Assembly (NCBI RefSeq): GCF_009914755.1
Contig: NC_060940.1
Origin: the human T2T-CHM13v2.0 reference genome, Homo sapiens
Strand: one strand, 5' to 3'
DNA length: 64,000 nucleotides
This document shows positions 15,201 through 29,900 of this stretch, one piece after another (position 1 is the stretch's first letter; every line of letters begins with the position of its first letter). The translations under genes and the position numbers were made by a program. The notes beneath the pieces were generated by a model. It worked only from the letters and a program-made list of their open reading frames with translations. It was not told the DNA's origin and searched no databases.

Positions 15201-18200
15201 ATTCCATTCGATTCTATTCAATGATGACTCCATTCATGTCGATTTGGTGATTCCATTTGACTTCATTTGATGATGATTCCTTTCAAGTTCATTAGATGAT
15301 TCCATTCGATTCCATTTGATGATGATCCCATTCGAGTCCATTCAGTGATTCCATTCGTTTCCATTCCATGATGATTCCATTCCTTTCCATTCAATGATTC
15401 CATTCGATTCCGTTTGATGATGATTTCATTCGAGTCCATTTGATGATTCCATTTGATTCCATTCGATGATGATTCCATTCGAGTCCATTCGATGATTCTA
15501 TTCGAATCCATTTGATGATTTCTTTTGATTATATTTGGTGATGATTCCATTGGAGTCCATTCAATGATTCCATTCTATTCCAATCGATGATGATTCCATT
15601 AGAGTCCATTTAATGATTCCATTTGATTCCAGTCTCTGATGATTACATTCGAGTCCATACGATGATTCCACTCAATTCCATATGATGATGATTCCATTTG
15701 ATTCCATTCGGTGATTCCATTCTATTCTATTCAATGGTGATTCCATTCGAGTACATTAGATGATTCCATTCGATTCCATTCAATGATGATTCTATTTGTG
15801 TCCCTTAGATGATTCCACATGATTCCATTACATGATGATACTATTTGAGCCCATCCAATGATTCCCTTCGATTCCATTCGATGAGGATTCCATTCGATTC
15901 AATTCATTGGTGATTCTATTCAATTCAATTCTTTGATTCCATTCCATTCCATTCGACAATGATTCCATTCGATTTCTTTCGATGATTCCACTTGATTCCA
16001 CTTGACATTGATTCCATTCGATTCCATTCAATGATTCCATTTGATTCCAGTGGATGATGATTGCCATCGATTCCATTCGATCACTCCATTCTATTCCATT
16101 TGATGATGATTACATTCGATTCCATTTGATGATTCCATCTGATTCTATTCGAGGATTCCATTTGATTCCATTCGATGATGATTCCATTCGAGTCCATTCG
16201 ATGATTTCATTCGAGTACATCCAATGATTCCATTCGAGTCCATTAGATGATTCCATTTGATTCCATTTGAAAATGATTCTACTAGAGTCCATTCAATGAC
16301 TCCATTCGAGTCCATTCAACAATTCCATTCGACTCCATTCGATGATTCCATTCGATTCCATTTGATGGTTCCATTCGAGTCCATTTAATCATTACAGTCG
16401 AGTCCATTTGGTGATTCCACTGGATTTCTTTTGATAATGATACCATTCAATTACATTTGATGATGATCCCATTCAATTTCATTTGATGATGATTCCATTA
16501 GAGTCCATTCGATGATTTCATTCGAGTCCCTTCATTGATTCCATCCGATTTCATTGGATGATGACTCCATTCGAGTCCATTCGATGTTTCCACTCGATTC
16601 CATTAGATGACTCCATTGGAGTCCATTTGATTGTTCCATTCGATTCCATTCGATTCCTTTCAAAGATTATTCCATTTGAGTCCATTCGATGATGATTCCA
16701 TTCCATTCCATTCGATGATTCCGTTTGATTCCATTCGATGATTCCCTTCGATTCCTTTCTTTGATGATTCCATTCCATTCCATTCAATGATTCCATTCGA
16801 ATCTATTCCATGATGATTCCTTTCGATTCCATTCGCTGATGTTTCCGTTCAATTCCATTCGATGATGATTCCATTCGATTCCATTCATTGAGGATTCCAT
16901 TTGATTCCATTCAATGATGATTCCATTCTATTCCATTCAATGATTGCATTCAATTCCATTCAATGATTATCCCATTAGAGTAAACTCAACGATTCCATTC
17001 AATACCATTCGATGATGATTCCTTTTCAGTCCATTCAATGATTTCATTCAAGTCCATTTGATGATTCCTTTCAATTCCATTCTATGATGATTCCATTCGA
17101 GTCCATTCGATGATTCCATTCGATTGCATTCGATGATTCCATTATATTCCATTCAACGGTGATTCCATTCGAGTCCATTCCATGATTCCATTAGAGTACA
17201 TTTAATGATTGCTTTGTTTCCAATTCGAAGATGATTACATTGGATTCCATTCTATGATACCATTCGATTCCATTCAATGATGATTCCACTCAAATCCATT
17301 GGATGATTCCATTCGTGTCCATTCGGTGATTTCATTAGATTCCATTCGAGGATGATTCCATTCGATTCCATTCGATGATTCCATTCAATTCCATTCGATG
17401 ATGATTCCATTCCAGTCCATATGATCATTCCATTTGATTTCATTCGATGATGATTCCATTCGATTCGATTCGACGATTCCATTCTATTCCATTCGATGAT
17501 GATTCCATTCGAGTCCATTCGATCATTCCATTCGAGTCCATTTAATGATTCCATTGGGTTCAATTCAATGATGATTACATTGGATTCCGTTCTATGATTC
17601 CATTCAATTCCGTTCATTGACAATTTGATTCCATTCGATGATGATTCCATTTGAGTTCATTCGATGATTCTATTCGATTCTCTTCGATGGTGATTCAATT
17701 CTATTATATTGGATGATTCCATTCGATTCCATTTGATGTTGATTCAATTCGATTCTATTCGATGATGATTCCATTGGATTTCACTTGATGATTCTATTCG
17801 ATTCCATTCAATGATGATTCACTTCTCGTCCATTGGATGATTCCATTTCATTCCATTCGATGATGATTCCATTCGATTCCATTCGATGATTCCATTTGAT
17901 TCCATGCGACGGTGAGCAATTCGATTCAATTCCATGATGATTCTATTTGATTCAATTAGATGATGTTTCCATTCGAATCCATTCCATGATTATTCCATTG
18001 GAATCCATTTGGCGATGATTCCATATGAGTCAATTCAATGATGATTCCATATGGGTCCGTTCGATGATAATTCCATTTGATTTCATTCGATGCTTCTATT
18101 CTATTCCAGTCGATGATGATTCCGTTGGAGTCCATACGATGATTCCATTTGATTTCATTTGATGATGATTCCATTCGATGATGATTACATTGGATTCCAT

Positions 18201-18336
18201 TCTATGATTCCATTCAATTCCATTCGTTGATGATTCGATTCCATTCAATGATGATTCCATTTGAGTTCATTCGATGATTCTATTCGATTCCGTTCGATGG
18301 TGATTCAATTCTATTATATTGGATGATTCCACTCGA
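12225..18336 (+). repeat. 6112-bp unit 3 (haplotype A)
   Basis: Offset 12224 from unit 1 with A alleles. The + strand ORF 665..871 recurs only here (12889..13095). Confidence 0.95.
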
Positions 18337-21300
18337 TTCCATTTGATGATTATTCCATTGGAGTCCACTTAGTGAATCCTTTAGATTCTACTCGACGATG
18401 ATTCCATTCGAGTCCATTCGATGATACCATTCAATTCCATTCGTTGATGCTTCCATTCAAGTGCATTCGATGATATCATTCGATTCCATTTGATGATAAT
18501 TCCATTTGATTCCATGCGATGATTCTATTCGATTCCATTCAATGATAATTCCATTCAATTCAGTGATTCCTCTGGACTCCATTTGATGATGATTCCATTC
18601 AATGATTCCATTCGATTCTATTCGAAAATGATTCCATTTGAATCCATTTGATGATGATTCCATTAGATTCCATTTGATGATTCCATTCGATTCCATTCGA
18701 CGATGATTCCATTCGATTCCGTTTGATGATTCCATTCTATTCTATTTGATGATGATTCCATTCGATTCCATTCGATGATGATTGGATTCGATTCCATTGG
18801 ATGATTTCATTTGATTCCATTCGTTAATGATTTCGATCAATTCCATTCGATGATTCCATTCGATTCCATTCGATAATGATTACATCCGAGTCCATTCGAT
18901 GATTCCCTTTGAGCCTGTTCGATAATTCCATTTGAGTCCAACCAATGATTCCATTCATTTCCATTCAATGATTCCATTCGAGTCCATTTGATCATTCCGG
19001 TAGGGTCCATTCGATGTTGATTCCATTGGAGTGCATTCGATGATTCCATTCGAGTCCATTTTAGGATTTGATTCGAGTCCTTTCGATGATTCCATTCGAT
19101 TCCACTCGATGATGATTTCATTCGAGTCCATTCGACACTTCCAATCGATTCCATTTGATGATTCCATTCGAGTCCAATTGATGATTCCATTCAATTCCAT
19201 TCGATGATGATTCCGTACGATTCCATTCTGTGATGATTCCATGTGATTGCATTCAATGATGATTCCTTTCGATTGCATTCGATTATGATTCATTTCGTGT
19301 TCATTCTATGGTTCCACAGGTTTCCATTCGTGTCCATTCCATTATTCCATTCTATTCCATTTGATGATGATTCCATTCGATTCCATTCATTGGTGATTCC
19401 ACTCAATTCCATTCAATGATTCCATTCCATTTCTTTCAACAATGATTCCATTAGTTTCTAATCGATGATCCACTTGATTCCATTTGACGACGATTCCATT
19501 CTTGTCCATTCGATGATTCCATTTGATTCCGTATGATGATGATTCCATTCGATTCCATACCATGATGATTCCATTCGAGTCCATTCAATGGTGATTCCAT
19601 TCCATTCCATTCGATGATTCCTTTTGATTCCATTCGATGATGATGGCATTCGATTCCTTTCAATCATTCCCTTTGATTCCATTCAAAGGTGATTTCATTC
19701 AAGTCCATTCGATAATTGCATTCGATTCCATTCTATGATGATTCCATTCGAGTCCATTTGATGATTCCATTCAATTCAAGTCAATGATGATTCCATTCGA
19801 TTCCATTCGATGATTCCATTGGATTCCATTCGATGATGATTCCATTCAAATCCATTTGATAATTCAATTCAAGTCCATTCGATGATGATTCCAATCGAAT
19901 CCATTCAAAGATTCCATTCAGTTCCATTCGATGATTCCCTTAGATTCCATTCGATGATTCCACTTGATTGCATTTACGATGATTCCATTCGATTCCATGT
20001 GATGATTCCATTCAATTCTATTCAATGATGTCTCCATTTGATTCCATTCGACCATGATTGCCTTTGATTCCATTCAATGATTCCATTCGGTTCCGTTTGA
20101 TGATGATTCCGTTCGATTCCATTTGATGATTCCATTTGATTCCATTGGATGAGTCCATTCGATTACATTCGATGATTATTCCATTCGAGTGCATTAGATG
20201 ATTCCATTCGAGTCCATTCGATGATTCCATTCGATTCCATTCGATGTTGATTCTGTTCAAATCCATTCGATGATTCCACTCGATTCCATTCGTTGACTCC
20301 ATTTGATCCCATTCGATGATTTCCTTTGATTCCCTTTGATGATCATTCCATTTGATTCAATTCGGTGATTTCATTTGATTCCATTCAGTGATGTTTCCAT
20401 TCGACTCCATTCGATGATGATTCCATTCGACTCCATTCGATTATGATTTCATTCAATTCCATTCGATAATGATTCCCTTCGAGTCCATTCGATGATTCCA
20501 TTCGATTCCATTCAACGATGATTTGATTCGTGTCCATTCGATGATTCCATTTGATTCCACTTGATGATGATTCCATTCGAGTCCATTTGATGATTCCATT
20601 CAATTCCATACTCCGATGATTTCTTTTGAGCCCACTCAATGCTTCCACTCGATTCCATATGATGATGACTCCATTCGATGAAATTCGATGATGATTCCAT
20701 TCGCTTGCTTTCGATGATGATTCCACTTGAGTCCGTTAGAAGATTCTATTCAATTACATTCCATGACGATTCCGTTCGAGTCCATTTGATGATTCCATTA
20801 GACTCCATTCGACGATGATTCCATTCGATGTTATTCGATGATTCCATTCGATCTCATTCGATGATGATTCCATTCAACTCCATTCGATGTTTCCATTCGA
20901 GTTCATTCTATTATTCCATTAGATTCAATTCGATGATGATTCCATTCGATTCCATTTGATGATTGCATTCTATTTCATTTGATGATGATTCCATTCGAGT
21001 CCACTCGATGATTCCATTCGAGTCCATTTAATGAATCCATTGGTTTCAATTCTATGATGATTACATTGGATTCCATTCGTTGATGAATTCATTCGGTTCC
21101 ATTCAATGATGATTCCATTCAATTCCTTTCAATGTTTCCATTCAATTCCATACGATGATGATTCCATTTGATTTGATTCAACAGTGAGCCATTCGATTCA
21201 ATTCCATGATGATCCTATTTGATTCAATTGGTGGACATTTCCATTCGATTCCATTCGATGATGATTCCCTTTGATTCCATTCAAAGATGATTCCATTCTA

Positions 21301-22686
21301 GCCCATTCAATCATTCCATTCGATTCTATTCAATGATGATTCCATTCATGTCGATTTGGTGATTCCATTTGACTTCATTTGATGATGATTCCTTTCAAGT
21401 TCATTAGATGATTCCATTCGATTCCATTTGATGATGATCCCATTCGAGTCCATTCAGTGATTCCACTCGTTTCCATTCCATGATGATTCCATTCCATTCC
21501 ATTCAATGATTCCATTCGATTCCGTTGGATGATGATTTCATTCGAGTCCATTTGATGATTCCATTTGATTCCATTCGATGATGATTCCATTCGAGTCCAT
21601 TCGATGATTCTATTCGAATCCATTTGATGATTTCTTTTGATTATAGTTGGTGATGATTCCATTGGAGTCCATTCAATGATTCCATTCGATTCCAATCGAT
21701 GGTGATTCCATTAGAGTCCATTTAATGATTCCATTTGATTCCAGTCTCTGATGATTACATTCGAGTCCATACGATGATTCCACTCAATTCCATATGATGA
21801 TGATTCCATTCTATTCCATTCGATGATTCCATTCTATTCTATTCGATAATGATTCCATTCGAGTCCATTCGATGATTCCATTCGAGTCCATTTAATGATT
21901 CCATTGGGTTCAATTCAATGATGATTACATTGGATTCCGTTCTATGATTCCATTCAATTCCGTTCATTGACAATTTGATTCCATTCGATGATGATTCCAT
22001 TTGAGTTCATTCGATGATTCTATTCGATTCTCTTCGATGGTGATTCAATTCTATTATATTGGATGATTCCATTCGATTCCATTTGATGTTGATTCAATTC
22101 GATTCTATTCGATGATGATTCCATTGGATTTCACTTGATGATTCTATTCGATTCCATTCAATGATGATTCACTTCTCGTCCATTGGATGATTCCATTTCA
22201 TTCCATTCGATGATGATTCCATTCGATTCCATTCGATGATTCCATTTGATTCCATGCGACGGTGAGCAATTCGATTCAATTCCATGATGATTCTATTTGA
22301 TTCAATTAGATGATGTTTCCATTCGAATCCATTCCATGATTATTCCATTGGAATCCATTCGGCGATGATTCCATATGAGTCAATTCAATGATGATTCCAT
22401 ATGGGTCCGTTCGATGATAATTCCATTTGATTTCATTCGATGCTTCTATTCTATTCCAGTCGATGATGATTCCGTTGGAGTCCATACGATGATTCCATTT
22501 GATTTCATTTGATGATGATTCCATTCGATGATGATTACATTGGATTCCATTCTATGATTCCATTCAATTCCATTCGTTGATGATTCGATTCCATTCAATG
22601 ATGATTCCATTTGAGTTCATTCGATGATTCTATTCGATTCCGTTCGATGGTGATTCAATTCTATTATATTGGATGATTCCACTCGA
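18337..22686 (+). repeat. Truncated 4350-bp unit 4 (1762-bp internal deletion)
   Basis: Landmark cactcaattccatatg sits at offset 18336 (21781 vs 3445), while tgggttcaat sits at offset 16574 (21905 vs 5331). The difference is 1762 bp; the junction is at about 21800-21870. Confidence 0.93.
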
Positions 22687-25600
22687 TTCCATTTGATGAT
22701 TATTCCATTGGAGTCCACTTAGTGAATCCTTTAGATTCTACTCGACGATGATTCCATTCGAGTCCATTCGATGATACCATTCAATTCCATTCGTTGATGC
22801 TTCCATTCAAGTGCATTCGATGATATCATTCGATTCCATTTGATGATAATTCCATTTGATTCCATGCGATGATTCTATTCGATTCCATTCAATGATAATT
22901 CCATTCAATTCAGTGATTCCTCTGGACTCCATTTGATGATGATTCCATTCAATGATTCCATTCGATTCTATTCGAAAATGATTCCATTTGAATCCATTTG
23001 ATGATGATTCCATTAGATTCCATTTGATGATTCCATTCGATTCCATTCGACGATGATTCCATTCGATTCCGTTTGATGATTCCATTCTATTCTATTCGAT
23101 GATGATTCCATTCGATTCCATTCGATGATGATTGGATTCGATTCCATTTGATGATTTCATTTGATTCCATTCGTTAATGATTTCGATCAATTCCATTCGA
23201 TGATTCCATTCGATTCCATTCGATAATGATTACATCCGAGTCCATTCGATGATTCCCTTTGAGCCTGTTCGATAATTCCATTTGAGTCCAACCAATGATT
23301 CCATTCATTTCCATTCAATGATTCCATTCGAGTCCATTTGATCATTCCGGTAGGGTCCATTCGATGTTGATTCCATTGGAGTGCATTCGATGATTCCATT
23401 CGAGTCCATTTTAGGATTTGATTCGAGTCCTTTCGATGATTCCATTCGATTCCACTCGATGATGATTTCATTCGAGTCCATTCGACACTTCCAATCGATT
23501 CCATTTGATGATTCCATTCGAGTCCAATTGATGATTCCATTCAATTCCATTCGAAGATGATTCCGTACGATTCCATTCTGTGATGATTCCTTGTGATTGC
23601 ATTCAATGATGATTCCTTTCGATTGCATTCGATTATGATTCATTTCGTGTTCATTCTATGGTTCCACAGGTTTCCATTCGTGTCCATTCCATTATTCCAT
23701 TCTATTCCATTTGATGATGATTCCATTCGATTCCATTCATTGGTGATTCCACTCAATTCCATTCAATGATTCCATTCCATTTCTTTCAACAATGATTCCA
23801 TTAGTTTCTAATCGATGATCCACTTGATTCCATTTGACGACGATTCCATTCTTGTCCATTCGATGATTCCATTTGATTCCATATGATGATGATTCCATTC
23901 GATTCCATACCATGATGATTCCATTCGAGTCCATTCAATGGTGATTCCATTCAATTCCATTCGATGATTCCTTTTGATTCCATTCGATGATGATGGCATT
24001 CGATTCCTTTCAATCATTCCCTTTGATTCCATTCAAAGGTGATTTCATTCAAGTCCATTCGATAATTGCATTCGATTCCATTCTATGATGATTCCATTCG
24101 AGTCCATTTGATGATTCCATTCAATTCAAGTCAATGATGATTCCATTCGATTCCATTCGATGATTCCATTGGATTCCATTCGATGATGATTCCATTCAAA
24201 TCCATTCGATAATTCAATTCAAGTCCATTCGATGATGATTCCAATCGAATCCATTCAAAGATTCCATTCAGTTCCATTCGATGATTCCCTTAGATTCCAT
24301 TCGATGATTCCACTTGATTGCATTTACGATGATTCCATTCGATTCCATGTGATGATTCCATTCAATTCTATTCAATGATGTCTCCATTTGATTCCATTCG
24401 ACCATGATTGCCTTTGATTCCATTCAATGATTCCATTCGGTTCCGTTTGATGATGATTCCGTTCGATTCCATTTGATGATTCCATTTGATTCCATTGGAT
24501 GAGTCCATTCGATTACATTCGATGATTATTCCATTCGAGTGCATTAGATGATTCCATTCGAGTCCATTCGATGATTCCATTCGATTCCATTCGATGTTGA
24601 TTCTGTTCAAATCCATTCGATGATTCCACTCGATTCCATTCGTTGACTCCATTTGATCCCATTCGATGATTTCCTTTGATTCCCTTTGATGATCATTCCA
24701 TTTGATTCAATTCGGTGATTTCATTTGATTCCATTCAGTGATGTTTCCATTCGACTCCATTCGATGATGATTCCATTCGACTCCATTCGATTATGATTTC
24801 ATTCAATTCCATTCGATAATGATTCCCTTCGAGTCCATTCGATGATTCCATTCGATTCCATTCAACGATGATTTGATTCGTGTCCATTCGATGATTCCAT
24901 TTGATTCCACTTGATGATGATTCCATTCGAGTCCATTTGATGATTCCATTCAATTCCATACTCCGATGATTTCTTTTGAGCCCACTCAATGCTTCCACTC
25001 GATTCCATATGATGATGACTCCATTCGATGAAATTCGATGATGATTCCATTCGCTTGCTTTCGATGATGATTCCACTTGAGTCCGTTAGAAGATTCTATT
25101 CAATTACATTCCATGACGATTCCGTTCGAGTCCATTTGATGATTCCATTAGACTCCATTCGACGATGATTCCATTCGATGTTATTCGATGATTCCATTCG
25201 ATCTCATTCGATGATGATTCCATTCAACTCCATTCGATGTTTCCATTCGAGTTCATTCTATTATTCCATTAGATTCAATTCGATGATGATTCCATTCGAT
25301 TCCATTTGATGATTGCATTCTATTTCATTTGATGATGATTCCATTCGAGTCCACTCGATGATTCCATTCGAGTCCATTTAATGAATCCATTGGTTTCAAT
25401 TCTATGATGATTACATTGGATTCCATTCGTTGATGATTTCATTCGGTTCCATTCAATGATGATTCCATTCAATTCCTTTCAATGTTTCCATTCAATTCCA
25501 TACGATGATGATTCCATTTGATTTGATTCAACAGTGAGCCATTCGATTCAATTCCATGATGATCCTATTTGATTCAATTGGTGGACATTTCCATTCGATT

Positions 25601-26987
25601 CCATTCGATGATGATTCCCTTTGATTCCATTCAAAGATGATTCCATTCTAGCCCATTCAATCATTCCATTCGATTCTATTCAATGATGATTCCATTCATG
25701 TCGATTTGGTGATTCCATTTGACTTCATTTGATGATGATTCCTTTCAAGTTCATTAGATGATTCCATTCGATTCCATTTGATGATGATCCCATTCGAGTC
25801 CATTCAGTGATTCCACTCGTTTCCATTCCATGATGATTCCATTCCATTCCATTCAATGATTCCATTCGATTCCGTTGGATGATGATTCCATTCGAGTCCA
25901 TTCGATGATTCTATTCGAATCCATTTGATGATTTCTTTTGATTATAGTTGGTGATGATTCCATTGGAGTCCATTCAATGATTCCATTCGATTCCAATCGA
26001 TGGTGATTCCATTAGAGTCCATTTAATGATTCCATTTGATTCCAGTCTCTGATGATTACATTCGAGTCCATACGATGATTCCACTCAATTCCATATGATG
26101 ATGATTCCATTCTATTCCATTCGATGATTCCATTCTATTCTATTCGATAATGATTCCATTCGAGTCCATTCGATGATTCCATTCGAGTCCATTTAATGAT
26201 TCCATTGGGTTCAATTCAATGATGATTACATTGGATTCCGTTCTATGATTCCATTCAATTCCGTTCATTGACAATTTGATTCCATTCGATGATGATTCCA
26301 TTTGAGTTCATTCGATGATTCTATTCGATTCTCTTCGATGGTGATTCAATTCTATTATATTGGATGATTCCATTCGATTCCATTTGATGTTGATTCAATT
26401 CGATTCTATTCGATGATGATTCCATTGGATTTCACTTGATGATTCTATTCGATTCCATTCAATGATGATTCACTTCTCGTCCATTGGATGATTCCATTTC
26501 ATTCCATTCGATGATGATTCCATTCGATTCCATTCGATGATTCCATTTGATTCCATGCGACGGTGAGCAATTCGATTCAATTCCATGATGATTCTATTTG
26601 ATTCAATTAGATGATGTTTCCATTCGAATCCATTCCATGATTATTCCATTGGAATCCATTCGGCGATGATTCCATATGAGTCAATTCAATGATGATTCCA
26701 TATGGGTCCGTTCGATGATAATTCCACTTGATTTCATTCGATGCTTCTATTCTATTCCAGTCAATGATGATTCCGTTGGAGTCCATACGATGATTCCATT
26801 TGATTTCATTTGATGATGATTCCATTCGATGATGATTACATTGGATTCCATTCTATGATTCCATTCAATTCCATTCGTTGATGATTCGATTCCATTCAAT
26901 GATGATTCCTTTTGAGTTCATTCGATGATTCTATTCGATTCCGTTCGATGGTGATTCAATTCTATTATATTGGATGATTCCACTCGA
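22687..26987 (+). repeat. Truncated 4301-bp unit 5 (same 1762-bp deletion plus a 49-bp deletion)
   Basis: Same junction sequence at about 26100-26170 as unit 4. An extra 49 bp is missing near 25885. Confidence 0.93.
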
Positions 26988-29900
26988 TTCCATTTGATGA
27001 TTATTCCATTGGAGTCCACTTAGTGAATCCTTTAGATTCTACTCGACGATGATTCCATTCGAGTCCATTCGATGATACCATTCAACTCCATTCGTTGATG
27101 CTACCATTCAAGTGCATTCGATGATATCATTCGATTCCATTTGATGATAATTCCATTTGATTCCATGCGATGATTCTATTCGATTCCATTCAATGATAAT
27201 TCCATTCAATTCAGTGATTCCTCTGGACTCCATTTGATGATGATTCCATTCAATGATTCCATTCGATTCTATTCGAAAATGATTCCATTTGAATCCATTT
27301 GATGATGATTCCATTAGATTCCATTTGATGATTCCATTCGATTCCATTCGACGATGATTCCATTCGATTCCGTTTGATGATTCCATTCTATTCTATTCGA
27401 TGATGATTCCATTCGATTCCATTCGATGATGATTGGATTCGATTCCATTTGATGATTTCATTTGATTCCATTCGTTAATGATTTCGATCAATTCCATTCG
27501 ATGATTCCATTCGATTCCATTCGATAATGATTACATCCGAGTCCATTCGATGATTCCCTTTGAGCCTGTTCGATAATTCCATTTGAGTCCAACCAATGAT
27601 TCCATTCATTTCCATTCAATGATTCCATTCGAGTCCATTTGATCATTCCGGTAGGGTCCATTCGATGTTGATTCCATTGGAGTGCATTCGATGATTCCAT
27701 TCGAGTCCATTTTAGGATTTGATTCGAGTCCTTTCGATGATTCCATTCGATTCCACTCGATGATGATTTCATTCGAGTCCATTCGACACTTCCAATCGAT
27801 TCCATTTGATGATTCCATTCGAGTCCAATTGATGATTCCATTCAATTCCATTCGATGATGATTCCGTACGATTCCATTCTGTGATGATTCCATGTGATTG
27901 CATTCAATGATGATTCCTTTCGATTGCATTCGATTATGATTCATTTCGTGTTCATTCTATGGTTCCACAGGTTTCCATTCGTGTCCATTCCATTATTCCA
28001 TTCTATTCCATTTGATGATGATTCCATTCGATTCCATTCATTGGTGATTCCACTCAATTCCATTCAATGATTCCATTCCATTTCTTTCAACAATGATTCC
28101 ATTACTTTCTAATCGATGATCCACTTGATTCCATTTGACGACGATTCCATTCTTGTCCATTCGATGATTCCATTTGATTCCATATGATGATGATTCCATT
28201 CGATTCCATACCATGATGATTCCATTCGAGTCCATTCAATGGTGATTCCATTCAATTCCATTCGATGATTCCTTTCGATTCCGTTCGATGATGATGGCAT
28301 TCGATTCCTTTCAATCATTCCCTTTGATTCCATTCCAAGGTGATTTCATTCAAGTCCATTCGATAATTGCATTCGATTCCATTCTATGATGATTCCATTC
28401 GAGTCCATTTGATGATTCCATTCAATTCAAGTCAATGATGATTCCATTCGATTCCATTCGATGATTCCATTGGATTCCATTCGATGATGATTCCATTCAA
28501 ATCCATTCGATAATTCAATTCAAGTCCATTCGATGATGATTCCAATCGAATCCATTCAAAGATTCCATTCAGTTCCATTCGATGATTCCCTTAGATTCCA
28601 TTCGATGATTCCACTTGATTGCATTTACGATGATTCCATTCGATTCCATGTGATGATTCCATTCAATTCTATTCAATGATGTCTCCATTTGATTCCATTC
28701 GACCATGATTGCCTTTGATTCCATTCAATGATTCCATTCGGTTCCGTTTGATGATGATTCCGTTCGATTCCATTTGATGATTCCATTTGATTCCATTGGA
28801 TGAGTCCATTCGATTACATTCGATGATTATTCCATTCGAGTGCATTAGATGATTCCATTCGAGTCCATTCGATGATTCCATTCGATTCCATTCGATGTTG
28901 ATTCTGTTCAAATCCATTCGATGATTCCACTCGATTCCATTCGTTGACTCCATTTGATCCCATTCGATGATTTCCTTTGATTCCCTTTGATGATCATTCC
29001 ATTTGATTCAATTCGGTGATTTCATTTGATTCCATTCAGTGATGTTTCCATTCGACTCCATTCGATGATGATTCCATTCGACTCCATTCGATTATGATTT
29101 CATTCAATTCCATTCGATAATGATTCCCTTCGAGTCCATTCGATGATTCCATTCGATTCCATTCAACAATGATTTGATTCGTGTCCATTCGATGATTCCA
29201 TTTGATTCCACATGATGATGATTCCATTCGAGTCCATTTGATGATTCCATTCAATTCCATACTCCGATGATTTCTTTTGAGCCCACTCAATGCTTCCACT
29301 CGATTCCATATGATGATGACTCCATTCGATGAAATTCGATGATGATTCCATTCGCTTGCTTTCGATGATGATTCCACTTGAGTCCGTTAGAAGATTCTAT
29401 TCAATTACATTCCATGACGATTCCGTTCGAGTCCATTTGATGATTCCATTAGACTCCATTCGACGATGATTCCATTCGATGTTATTCGATGATTCCATTC
29501 GATCTCATTCGATGATGATTCCATTCAACTCCATTCGATGTTTCCATTCGAGTTCATTCTATTATTCCATTAGATTCCATTCGATGATGATTCCATTCGA
29601 TTCCATTTGATGATTGCATTCTATTTCATTTGATGATGATTCCATTCGAGTCCACTCGATGATTCCATTCGAGTCCATTTAATGAATCCATTGGTTTCAA
29701 TTCTATGATGATTTCATTCGGTTCCATTCAATGATGATTCCATTCAATTCCTTTCAATGTTTCCATTCAATTCCATACGATGATGATTCCATTTGATTTG
29801 ATTCGACAGTGAGCCATTCGATTCAATTCCATGATGATTCTATTTGATTCAATTGGTTGACATTTCCATTCGATTCCATTCGATGATGATTCCCTTTGAT

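Noticed and set aside
21800-21870. The 1762-bp deletion as evidence of a hidden 1.77-kb HSat2A2-like period
   Set aside because: The size is similar, but I could not find landmarks repeating at ~1.77-kb spacing within the unit. Almost any large length can be built from 23s and 26s.
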